From the NCBI RefSeq assembly GCF_009914755.1, contig NC_060928.1: a DNA stretch of 64,000 bases; one strand, 5' to 3'. Both the position numbers and the translations under genes were made by a program. The notes under the pieces are model-generated. The model did not search any database. It was not told the DNA's origin and saw nothing but the letters and a program-made list of their open reading frames with translations. Positions 25,096 to 39,202 of this stretch are shown one piece after another. Source of the DNA: the human T2T-CHM13v2.0 reference genome, Homo sapiens. How positions within the stretch are numbered: position 1 is the first letter of the stretch; each line of letters starts with the position of its first letter.

Positions 25096-26199
25096 TGATT
25101 TCTTTAAAGTAACATTTACTTTAATAAATGTTACTATATAAACATATAGCATTAATATAAAATTGTTTGTTACTGGTACATATAAATACAATTAACTTTT
25201 TAGATTGCCCTCTTACCCTGTGACCTTGTTAAATTCACTAATTCTAGCAGCCGCTTTTGTGTATTTGGTAAGATTTTCTACATAGACAATCATGCCACAG
25301 GTAAATAGAACCCATTTTACTGCTTCCTTTCCAAGCTGCATGCTTTTTTTTTTTCTTGCTTTATTGCATTGGCTAGGTCCTCATGCATAATAGTGAATAG
25401 AAGTAATGAGAGTAAACACCCTTGCCTTGTTTCTTGTCTTAGTGGGAAACCATTTGGTCTTTCACCCTTAAGTATAATGTAAGCTGTAGTTTTTTTGTAG
25501 ATGCCTTTTATCAGGTTGAAATCTATTTCTGTTTTGAGTGTTTTTATCATGAACCGTTGATGAATCTTGTCAAATGCTTTTTTCCTCGTCTTTTGAGATT
25601 ATCATATGGTTTTTCTTTTTCAGCCTGTTAATATGATGAATTACACTGATTCAGTTTCAAATGTCCAACCAAGCTTGCACTCCAGAGATGAAGCCCACTT
25701 GATCACATGGATTATTCTTTTAATATATGATGGATACGACTTGGCTGTTCTTTTGTTGAGGATTTTTGTGTTTATGTTAATGAGGATATTATTTGTAGTT
25801 TTCTTTTCTTGTAATGTTTTTGTCTTTGTTCAGTGTCAGAGTAATGCCAACTTCATAAAGTGAGCTGGGAAGTACTCCCTCATTTTCTGTTTTCTGTGAA
25901 AGAATTGTATAGAATTGATGTTATTTCTTCCTTAAGTGTTGAGTAGAATTCACTTGCAAAGCCATCTGAGGTTGACATCTTCTTTGGGAATGACTTTAGC
26001 TATAAATTCAATTTATTTAACAGATATAGGGCTATTAAGGTTATTTAATTTTTTTCTTGAATGAGCTTTAGTGTCCTGTGTTTTTCAAGGAATTTTTCCA
26101 TTTTATTTAAGTTTTTAGATTTGTTGGCATAAAGTTATCCCAATATTTCCTTAGAAGTTGTGACTTTTACTGCATATAAAACATACCTCAATAAAGCTA

Positions 26200-26901
<702 letters not shown>

Positions 26902-27769
26902 TCGTGTGTTCTCTTTTTTCTTAATTTGGTTAGAGATTTATCAGTGTTATTGATCATCTCAAAAAACTAGTTTTTGGTTTCATCATTATCTTCATATTTT
27001 GTTTTCTATTCATTGATTTCTGTACTCTTGCTTATTATTTCCTTTTTCTGCTTACTTTGGCTTTCGTTGCCTTTCTTTCTCTAGTTCTCATTTGAGACCT
27101 TTCTTTTTTTCTTATATAATTTTTAATGCTATAAATTTTGCTTTAAACATTTCCTTAATTATATTCCACAATTTTCCTTATGTTATGTTTTTATTATTAT
27201 TCTGGTAAAAATATTTCCTAGTGATATTTGTGATTTCTTCTTTGACTCATTGGTGTTTAGAAGTGAGTTAACTTCTAGAGACATTTGGGGTCCTTTCTAG
27301 ATTAGTTGTTGCAGATTCCTAATTTATGACTGTTGTGGTCTGGAAACACTCTGCAAGATATTGATCTTTTGAAATCTGTTGAGACAAGCACGTGGCCTGT
27401 CCTGACGAATGTTTCACATACAGTTGGAGAGAGTGTGCGTTCTGAAGTTGTTGCTGATTATTTTCTCTAAGTGTCAATTCAGTTTAGTTCGTAGTGTCAT
27501 TTGAATCTCCTGTATACCTTTTTCTTTTTGTCTACTTGTTGTATTACTGAGAACAGCATGTTAAAATCTCCAGCTATTATTGTAGATTTTCTATTTTTCC
27601 CTTTGGTTTTACTAGTTTTTGTTCATATATTTTGGCATTCTGTTATCAGATGTGTATATGTTTGTAATTGTTGTCTCTTCCTATTGTATTGAGCAGGAAC
27701 TATCCTTTTTGTCTTATAATACTCATTCTATTGAAGAATATTTTGTGTGCTATTAATACAGCTACTACA

Positions 27770-28105
27770 GGCCATGTGCAGTGTGGCTCGTGCCTGTAAT
27801 CCCAGCCCTTTGAGAAGCCAAGGCAGGAGGATTGCTTGAGGCCAGGAGTTTGAGACCAGCCTGGGCAACACAGTGAGACTCCCATCTCTAAAAAAAAAAA
27901 ACATGTTTAGGACATCAGCCAAGCATAATGACATATGCCTGTGGGTCCTACAGAGGAAGCCCAAGCAGGAGGCAGCTGAAGCAGGAGGATCTACATAGGA
28001 GGCTGAAGTGGATAGCTTGAATCTAAGAGTCGGAGGTTACAGTGAACTCTGATCACACCACTGCACTCCAGACTGAACAACAACAGAACAACGCCCTGTC
28101 TTAAA
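27770..28105 (+). mobile_element. Alu (AluJ-type, diverged)
   Basis: gaggattgcttgaggccaggagtttgag diagnostic and a degenerate right arm. Confidence 0.85.
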
Positions 28106-28117
28106 ACACACATGCAG

Positions 28118-28411
<294 letters not shown>

Positions 28412-29732
28412 GCACATGCACACTCACACGCACATTCAGCTATGATGGCTTTCTTATGCTAGCTGTTTGCGTGGTATATTATTTTCCATCCTTAAATTTT
28501 AATTTCCACCTCTTTCTGTCTCTTGAAGACAACATAAGGTTGGTTCTTGCTTTCTTAAGTCAGTCTGACCATTTGTGCCTTTTGCTTGGGATACTTCATT
28601 TATGTTTGATGCAATTATTTAAATGGTTATAGTTACATGATATTCTCTATCTGTCTCATCTGTGTTTTGTTCCTCAGTTTATTCTTTCTTGCCTTCTTAT
28701 TCATTCATTAATGTTATATTTTCTTTGGACATATTTTTCTTCATTCATTGGTGGAAGTAAATTTCCATATCATTATTTTATCCATTAAGGCCAAGCTGCA
28801 CTGTGTTTGTTCAAATTTACATTCCCACCTAGGTCCCTTTCTCAGTTACCTTTTTCAATCTTTTAACTTTTGTTTTTTTTTTTTAATTTTATGTTTCTCT
28901 ATAGTTTTCTGGTTATATCCATTCTATCTCCTTCTATATATTCTTATTTTATAAGTGGTGGGCAACAAGCATGCCCACAGACATGACGCGAAGCAGAAAG
29001 CTGACCGTGAGAGTGACGAGAGGAGGCCTATCCCTGCTGCCTTGCCCTGGAGCTGCTCCTCTGGTAGCTTGAATCCATTTCTTTCACATCCAGTCTTCAT
29101 CCCTCAGCAACCCAACTGGAGCCACTCAAGACCCATGAGCCAGATGGACGACCATCGTTATTCTGGGGCAGGCAGCAGCTTCCAAGAAGATGGCCTTGCA
29201 ATTCCAGGTCACGACTGCGTGCTGCCTTCGGAGGAACGACTCACCACAAATCCAGATTCTGCTGTGCGTGGCCGTCAAATGTGAGGCCATCTGGGGACGT
29301 GTCACGGGGACTGGGGTGGACATAAGTCACCTTTCTAGCTACCTGTTGGATAACCTTTCTATATTTGATGACAAGTAGTACCTGACTTCCGGACCTGGAG
29401 TTTGAAGCTCAGTTTCCAGCTGCCCTGAAACATGCTTGGGAGACTGACTTGGAAGACAGAACGGCAAGGAAGCGGCGTCTCAGCGTCACTTCCCGCGGGG
29501 AGGGGCAGCGTTTGGCGTCTTCTGAGGCTGACTTCTCAGCAGAGGATCCCTGTGCCTGAGGCCGCGGTGCCCAGAGGTGCCAGGTGGGGCGGGGGATATG
29601 GTAACTGGGAAACATAGCCCCGAGCCCAGCTACTGCCCCTCTTAGCTAGGTGGCGAGGATTCAGTAGTTTGCAGGACTATGCCTGACACTGTGCCTGGGC
29701 GTGGTCTGGGCAGTCTCTTCACATCATCCGCG

Positions 29733-30142
29733 AAGGCATCTGGGCTTTTTCCTGTCTGTCAGCGGATGACTCCTTCCTCCGTCGTCCCTCCACGCGTGCG
29801 GCCATCTTTTCAGCAAAGGCATCTGGGCTTTTTCCCGTCGGTCAGCGGGTGAGTCCTTCCTCCGTTGTCCCTCCACGCGTGCGGCCATCTTTTCAGCAAA
29901 GGCATCTGGGCTTTTTCCCGTCGGTCAGCGGGTGACTCCTTCCTCCGTTGTCCCTCCATGCTGCGGCCATCTTTTCAGCAAAGGCATCTGGGCTTTTTCC
30001 TGTCGGTCAGCGGGTGACTCCTTCCTCCGTCGTCCCTCCATGCGTGCGGCCATCTTTTCAGGAAAGGCATCTGTGCTTTTTCCTGTTGGTCAGCGGGTGA
30101 CTCCTTCCTCCGTCGTCCCACCATGCGTGCGGCCATCTTTTG
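29733..30142. repeat. 83-bp CpG-containing VNTR x5, each unit with GCGGCCATCTTT
   Basis: Units start at 29733, 29816, 29899, 29981 and 30064. Confidence 0.95.
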
Positions 30143-30363
30143 TTGCGTGCCTACACTGTCGATGTCAGGCTGGGGACACACAGGACCGACCGAGCATGGT
30201 GAGATCTAGAATTTATGCCTCATTCAGTTAATGTTCTTTAGATATTTGTTCAACATTTATTTGGTAAGAAGTGGGTAAAAGTTTCCACTGATAAAGACCT
30301 TACACTTTCTCAGTAACCTATGTACCAGCTGTCCTTTCGCTCACATCTTTGAGCTTTTCTCCC

Positions 30364-30914
30364 TGTATTAGTCAGGGTTCTCTAGAGGGACAGAGCTCAT
30401 AGGATAAATGTATATGAAGGGGAGTTTATTAGGAGACTTGACTCACACGATCACAGGTGAAGTCCCACAGTAGGCCGAATGCAAGCTGAGGAGCCAGGAA
30501 GCCAGTCCAAGTCCCCAAACCTCAAATGTAGGGAAGCTGACAACACAGCCGTGTCTGTGGCCAAAGGCCCAGGAGCCCCGGGCAAACCACTGGTGTTAAG
30601 TCCAAGAGTCCCAGAGCTGAAGAGCTTGGAGTCTGATGTTTGAGGGCAGGAAGCATCCAGCACGGGAGAAAGATGGAGGCTGAGGCCGTAAGACTCAGCC
30701 GGTCCAGTCCTTCCACGTTCCCCTGCCTGCTTTTATTCTGGCCGTGCTGGCAGCTGATTAGACGGTGCCCACCAGGATTGAGGGTGAGTCTGCCTTTCCC
30801 AGCCCACTGACTCAAATGTTAATCTCCGTTGGCAACGTCCTCACAGACACACCCAGGATCAATATTTTGCATCCTTCAATCCAATCAAGTTGACACTCAA
30901 TATTAACCATCACA
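30364..30914 (-). mobile_element. ERVL solo LTR, MLT2A-type (length suggests MLT2A2)
   Basis: TG...CA ends. The minus strand starts tgtgatggttaatattgagtgtcaacttgattggattgaagg. 5-bp TSD ctccc at 30359-30363 and 30915-30919. Confidence 0.9.
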
Positions 30915-31341
30915 CTCCCCAGCTCAAAAAAGCAGAGAAAGAACACAACTCGACTTTCTCAGGAGTGTTTGTGAGCAGAACTTGCTTAGGATTGCAGGGG
31001 TACGGTGGTTTCTAGGTCCACAGCACCTCCGGAGAAATTTCCATTATCTTTCCTCCTGCCACGCCTCCCTTCCAGCCTCAGGAAGACGGGCCTCCCACCT
31101 CTCAACCCCACTGTTCAGTCTTCCCAGCTCCTCCTTTCTGGATTTCCCTCAGGTCTCCTCCCGTCCCCTCCGTAATGCAGGGCAGCTCAGCTCTGTCCTC
31201 CCAGCTCCTGTCTTCAAGCTTGAGCAGCTCCCTCCAGCATCTCCAGGTCATCAGACACCACCTTAGAAAGTTGTGGGGATATTTTTAAAATGGATTTTTC
31301 TTTTGTAAGTTCAAGTTTAAGGGAGTCGGATTACTCGCTAG

Positions 31342-31733
<392 letters not shown>

Positions 31734-32029
31734 CTCTCTCCACTTTCTATGGGGTCAGTTGGGTCCTCTGCCCCTTGCACCTCCAGGCCAAAATTAAGGC
31801 GTCGCCCAGAGCTGTGATCTCATCTGAGGCACAAGGGTCTCTTCCAGGGTTGTTCTGGTTGTTGATTTGTCAACGATCAGTTGTAGGGCCGAGGCCCTCA
31901 CCCCTTCCAGAAGTCACCACCCTTCCCAGGTGGCCCACATGGGCCAGTCTGCATCCTTCCACTCCTGCTTCTGCTCGCTCCTCTCAGGGCTCACCTGATG
32001 AGGTCAGGCCCACCAGAGGAGCCCAGGAG

Positions 32030-32770
32030 CCAGTGTGTGCTGGAGTCGACGTGCATTGGCTCCCGGAGTGGAAAGCTGCACTGCCAGGAGCTTTGCTGTT
32101 AGATACAGACATTGCTGAAAAGTAAATGATACGCACTTACAATGAAATAAAGCTTACTTAAAACATAGGTAATAAATACTCGAAGCCATTACTTTCTAAT
32201 TATTTTACTACATTTTACATCGCCTGCATTCCTGAGATCACTGACATCAGCTGTATCTGTAGGGGTAAAAGCTGTAATGGGCTACCACGGTCTCTTCCTA
32301 GCACCATGCTCAGTGACTTTTTGTGTGTGGCTCCAAGTTGGCCATGAGGGGGGCATTTACACCACAGAAATTGGCAAATGCTACAAATGCGGCTGGGTTG
32401 TTGCTTTATTGACTGTCTAGATTTAATGAAGTTATGGGAAAATATGAGTAATGTAGATTAAATTTAAACGTGTGTTGTGGCTGTAACCATTACATTGTGA
32501 ATACTACCAAAAATCAGGGAAATGTTCTTCCAGTATTAGAAAGTGACTCAGGAGAGGCACTCATGTCATTGATGAAGTGACGTTCCAATGTCTTTGTGAT
32601 TTCAATTACCTTTTACTTATTAACATAAATGAAAGTATGAACCACGTTCAACTCAGAACTGCACTGTTCATTAATAATGTGAGGAAGCTCTCAGCTGGGT
32701 CAGATGATAATCAGGCATTTATACAAAGCCTGTTTTTGTGACACCATTATTGGTGATACAATTATAAAAA
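32030..32770 (+). mobile_element. hAT DNA transposon remnant (MER63-like)
   Basis: ccagtgtgtgctggagtc start and internal catttacaccacagaaattggcaaatgctacaaat, recalled from MER63. Confidence 0.5.
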
Positions 32771-32778
32771 TGGAGAGT

Positions 32779-33156
<378 letters not shown>

Positions 33157-33168
33157 TTAAAATATATG

Positions 33169-33469
33169 TTTTTTGTTTTTTTTTTTTTTGAGACGGAGTC
33201 TCAGTTTGTCGCCCAGGCTGGAGTGCAGTGGCGCGATCTTGGCTCACTGCAACCTCTGGCCCGGGGTTCAAGCAATTCTCCTACCTCAGCCTCCCGAGTC
33301 GCTGGGACTACAGGCGCCTGCCACCATGCCCGGCTAATTTTTTGTATTTTTAGTAGAGACGGGGTTTCACTGTGTTAGCCAGGATGGTCTTGATCCTCTG
33401 ACCTCGTGATCCGCCCGCCTCTGCCTCCCAAAGTGCTGGGATTACAGGCGTGAGCCACCATGCCCGCCC
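33169..33469 (-). mobile_element. Alu (AluSc8/Y-like left arm), inverted relative to the preceding Alu
   Basis: Full reverse-complement dimer, cctggctaacac diagnostic. Confidence 0.95.
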
Positions 33470-33658
33470 TGTTATTTCTAAAATTATATGAAGAAATTAC
33501 TGATGGAAATTTTTATGTTAAACTCTCAAATAGTAGCATGTATTTTAATAACATAAAATTATTTTTCAAATTTTTATCCCTAACCCACCAAGAAAACAGA
33601 ATAACTTATGTTTTTTAAGTGTGACGATGGTAAAAACAGACAGAGAAAAGAATCCTGG

Positions 33659-34298
33659 AGGTGGGGGGGTCAGCCCCCCGCCCAGCCAGCCGCCCCGTCC
33701 GGGAGGTGAGGGGTGCCTCTGCCCGGCCGCCCCTGCTGGGAAGTGAGGAGCCCCTCTACCCGGCCACCACCCTGTCTGGGAAGTGTGCCCAGCGGCTCAT
33801 TGAGAACGGGCCATGATGACAGTGGCGGTTTTGTGGAATAGAAAAGGGGGAAAGGTGGGGAAAAGATTGAGAAATCGGATGGTTGCCGTGTCTGTGTAGA
33901 AAGAGGTAGACATGGGAGACTTTTCATTTTGTTCTGTACTAAGAAAAATTCTTCTGCCTTGGGATCCTGTTGATCTGTGACCTTGCCCCCAACCCTGTGC
34001 TCTCTGAAACAAGTGCTGTGTCCACTCAGGGTTAAATGGATTAAGGGCAGTGCAAGATGTGCTTTGTTAAACAGATGCTTGAAGGCAGCATGCTCGTTAA
34101 GAGTCATCACCACTCCCTAATCTCAAGTACCCAGGGACACAAACACTGCAGAAGGCCGCAGGGTCCTCTGCCTAGGGAAGCCAGAGACCTTTGTTCACTT
34201 GTTTATCTGCTGACCTTCCCCCCACTATTGTCCTATGACCCTGCCAAATCCCCCTCTGCGAGAAACACCCAAGAATGATCAATAAAAAAAAAGAAAAA
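33659..34298 (+). mobile_element. 5'-truncated SVA (end of VNTR + SINE-R + polyA)
   Basis: cccgtccgggaggtgagggg VNTR units, SINE-R ending gagaaacacccaagaatgatcaataaa, and a 15-bp TSD agaaaagaatcctgg at 33644-33658 and 34299-34313. Confidence 0.95.
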
Positions 34299-34640
34299 AG
34301 AAAAGAATCCTGGTGCCCTTCACTCATGCACTTGCTTATTGACTTGTTACTGTCAGGCAGCCAGGGGTTGCTCTAGGCCTTGGGGTACAGCAGTTTGCAA
34401 AATGACAGGGCTCCTGCTCACTGGAGGAGCGTGGCGGGAGAGATGGAGATGAATCACATCTTCACAAAAATACACAGTTGCAGACTGTTAAGTCCAGCTG
34501 CTGAAACATACAGGAGCACATGGCAGGGGATGCTGTTGCATGGGGGCTGGGTGGCGTCCCCTTCGCACATGTGTCCCTAAGCCTCAGCCCTTGATTCTGT
34601 CCCTTCTGTCTACACTCACTCCCTTGGTGACCTCATCTAG

Positions 34641-34768
34641 TTTCTTTCTTTCTTTCCTTCTTTCTTTCTTCCTTCCTTTCTTTCTTTTTCTTTCCTTCCT
34701 TCCTTCTTTCTTCCTTCCTTCCTTCCTTCCTTCCTTCCTTCCTTTCCTCTTTCTTTCTTTCATTCTTT
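34641..34768. repeat. (CTTT/CCTT)n microsatellite
   Basis: Directly visible. Confidence 0.95.
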
Positions 34769-35304
34769 CAACATTTGAAGGTTATTTTTTTTTCTTTAGC
34801 TTTTAAGTTCAAGGGTACCTGTGCAGGATGTGCAGGTTTGTTTCATGGGTAAATGTGTGCCATGGTGGCTTGCTACACAAACCATCCCATCCCCTAGGTA
34901 AGAAGCCCGGCATCCATTAGCTATTCCTCCTGATGCTCTCCCTCGCCCTACCTGCCACCACCCTCCAACAGGCCCCAGTGTGTATTGTTGCCCCCCACCC
35001 CGTGTCCATGCATTTTCATCATTCAGCTCCCACTTGTAAGTGAGAATACGTGGTATTTGGTTTTCTGTTCCTACATTAGTTTGCTGAGGATAATGGCTTC
35101 CAACTCCATCCAGGTCCCTGCAAAAGGACATGATCTCATTCCTTTTGATGGCTGCATAATATTCCATAGTATAAATGTACCACATTTTCTTTATCCAGTC
35201 TATCGTCAGTGGTCATTTAGGTTGATTTCATGTCTTTGCTATTGTGAATAGTGCTGCAATGAACATATGTGTGTATGTATCTTTATAATAGAATGATTTA
35301 TATT

Positions 35305-35600
<296 letters not shown>

Positions 35601-36245
35601 AGAGTGATTTATATTCTTTTGAGTATACACCCATTAATGGGGTTGCTGGGTCGAATGGTATTTCTGCCTCTACGTCTTTGTGGAATTGCCACACTGTCTT
35701 CCACAATGGTTAAACTAATTTACACTCCCACCAACAGTGTAAAAGCATTCCTTTTTCTCCTCAATCTTGCCAGCATCTCTTGTTTTTTGACTTTTTAATA
35801 ACAGTCAGACTGGTGTGAGATGGTATCTCACTGTGGTTTTGATTTGCATTTCTCTAGTGATCAGTCATGTTCAGCTTTTTTTCATAGGTTTATTGGCCAC
35901 ATGTGTGTCTTCTTTTGAAAAGTGTCTGTTCATGTTATTTGCCCACTTTTTAATGGAGTTGTTTTTTTCTCATAAATTTAAGTTCCTTGTAGACTCTGGA
36001 TATTAGATCTTTGTCAGTTGGATAGATTGCAAAAATTGTCTCCCATTCTGTAAGTTGTCTGTTCACTCTGATGCTAGTTTCTTTTGCTGTGCAGAAGCTC
36101 TTTAGTTTAATTTGATCCCATTTGTCAATTTTTCCTTTTGCTGCTATTGCTGTTGGCATTTTGGTCATAAAATCTTTGCCCGTGACTATGTCCTGAATGG
36201 TATTGCCTGAATTTTCTTCTAGGGTTTTTATAGTTTTGGGTTTTA

Positions 36246-36344
<99 letters not shown>

Positions 36345-39005
36345 CTAGTACAATTTATTAAATAGGGAATCCTCTCCCCATCGCTTGTTTTTGTCAGGTT
36401 TGTCAAAGATCAAATGGTTGTAGATGTGTGGTCTTATTTCTGAGTTTTCTATTCTGTTCCATTGGTCTGTGTGTCTGTTCTTCTACCAGTATCATGCTGT
36501 TTTGGTTACTGTAGCCTTGTAGTATAGTTTGAAGTTGGGTAGCATGATGCCTCCAGCTTTGTTCTTTTTGCTTAGGATTGTCTTGGCTATTTGGGTTCTT
36601 TTTTGGTTCCATGTGAACTTTAAAATAGTTTTTTTTTTTTTTCTAATTTTGTGAAGAATGTCCATGGTGGTTAGATGGGAATAGCATTGGATCTATAAAT
36701 TACTTTGGGCAGTATGGCCATTTTCATGATATTGATTCTTCCTATCCATGAGCATGGAATGTTTTTCCATTTATTTGTGTCATCTCTGATTTCTTTGAGC
36801 AGTGGCTTGTAGCTCTCCTTGAAGAGGTCCTTCACTTCCCTTGTTAGCTGTATTTTTTTTGTGGCAGTTGTGAATGGGAGTTCATTCATGATTTGGTTCT
36901 CTGCTTGCCTGTTGTTGGTATATAGGAATGCTAGAGATTTTTGCACATTGATTTTGTATCCTGAGACTTTGCTGAAGTTGTTTATCAGTTTAAGAGGGTT
37001 TGGGGCTGAGACAATAGGTTTTTCTAGATATAGAATTATGTCATATGCAAACAAAGATAATTTGACTTCCTTTCTTCCTGTTTGAATACGCTTTATTTCT
37101 TTTTCTTGCCTGATTGCCCTGGTCAGAACTTCCAGTACTATGTTGATATTGAACAGGAGCGGTGAGAGAGGACATACTTGTCTTGTGCTGTTTTTCAAGG
37201 GGAATGCTTCCTGCTTTTGCGCATTCAGTGTGATATTGGCTGTGAGTTTGTCATATATGGCTTTTATTATTCTGAAGTATGTTCCTTCAATACCTAGTTT
37301 ATTGAGAGTTTTTAACATGAAGGGATGTTGAATTTTATCATGGCCTTTTCTGCATCTATTGAGATAAATACGTGGTTTTTGTCTTTGGTTCTGTTTATGT
37401 GATGAATCAGTTATTGATTTGTGTATGTTGACCCAGCCTTGCATCTCTGAGGTGAAGCCAACTTGATTTTGGTGGATAAGCCTTTTGATGTGCTGCTGGA
37501 TTTGTTTGCCAGTATTTTATTGAGGATTTTTGCATCAATGTTTGTGAAGGATATTGGCCTCAAGTTTTCTTTTTTTCTTGTATCTCTGCCAGGTTTGGGT
37601 ATCAGGATGATGCTGGCCTCACATAATGAGTTAGGAAGGAGTCCCTCCTTTTCAATTTTTTTTGAATAGATTCAGTAGAATAGTACCAGCTCTTCTTTGA
37701 ACCTCTGGTAGAATTCAGTTGTGAATCTGGTCCTGGGCCTTTTTTGCTTGGTAGGCTGTTTATTATTGCCTCAATTTTAGAACTCGTTATTGGTCTATGT
37801 AGGGATTCAATTTCTTCCTGGTTCAGTCTTGGGAGGGTATACGTGTCCAGGAATGTATCCATTTCTTCTAGATTTTCTAGTTTATGTGCATAGAGGTATT
37901 TCTAGTATTATTTGATAGGTGTTTGTATTTCTGTGGGGTCAGTGGTGATATCCTCATTATTTCTGATTGTGTTTATTTGATTCTTCTCTCTTCTCTTCTT
38001 TATTAGTCTAGCTAGTGGTCTATCTATTATATTAATTTTTTCAAAAAACCAGCTCCTGGATTCGTTGATTTTCTTGAAGGGTTTTGGGCATCTCTATCTT
38101 CTTCAGTTCAGCTCTGATCTTGGTTATTTCTTGTCTTCTGCTAGCTTTGGGTGGGGCTTGTTTGCTCTTGGTTCTCTAGTTCTTTTAGTTGAGATGTTAG
38201 GTTGTTAACTTGAGATTTTTCTAGCTTTTCAGTGTGGGCATTTAGTGCTATAAATTTCCCTAACACTATTTTAGCTGTGTCTCAGAGATTCTGGTACATT
38301 GTCTCTTGTTCTCACTAGTTTCAAAGAACTTCTTGATTTCTGCCTTAATTTCATTATTAAGAGTCATTCAGGAGCAGGTTGTTCAGTTTCCATGTAGTTC
38401 AGTGGTTTTGAGTGAATTTCTTAATCTTGAGTTCTAATTTGATTGCACTGTGGTCTGAGAGACTATTATGATTTCAGTTCTTTTCCATCTGATGAGTTGT
38501 GTTTTGCTTCCAATTATGTGATCAATTTTAAAGTAAGTGCCATGTGGCAATGAGACGAATGTGTATTCTGTTATTTTGGGGTGGATAATTCTGTAGGTAT
38601 CTATCAGATCCACTTGATCCAGAGCTGAGTTTAGGTCCTGAATATCTTTGTTAATTTTCTGTCAATGATCTGTCTAATATTGTCAGTGGGGTGTTAAAGT
38701 CTTCCACTATTATTGTGTGAGAATCTAAGGCTCTTTGTAGATCTCTAAGAACTTCCTTTATGAATCTAGGTGCTCCTGTATTTGATGCATATATATTTAG
38801 GATAGTTAGTTCTTGTTGAAATGAACCCTTTACCATTGTGTAATGCCCTTCTTTGTCTTTTTTGCTTTTTGTTGGTTTAAAGTCTGTTTTGTCGAAAACT
38901 AGGACTGCAACCTCTGTTTTTTTCTGTTTTCCATTTGCTTGGTAAATTTTTATCCATCCTTTTATTTTGAGCCTACATGTATCTTTGCATGTGAGGTGGG
39001 TCTCT

Positions 39006-39202
39006 TTATTTTATTATTATTATTTATTTTTTTTTTTTAGATGGAGTCTCACTCCGTCACCCAGGCTGGAGTGCAGTGGCATGATCTCAGCTCACTGCAA
39101 GCTCTGCTTCCCGGTTCATGCCATTCTCCTGCCTTAGCCTCCTGAGTAGCTGGGACTACAGGCACCTGCCACCACGCCCGGCTAATTTTTTGTATTTTTT
39201 TC
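39006..39202 (-). mobile_element. 5'-truncated Alu (right arm only, AluY-like) in L1
   Basis: gcaagctctgc...ccattctcctgcc. The element ends in the middle A-rich linker. Confidence 0.88.
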
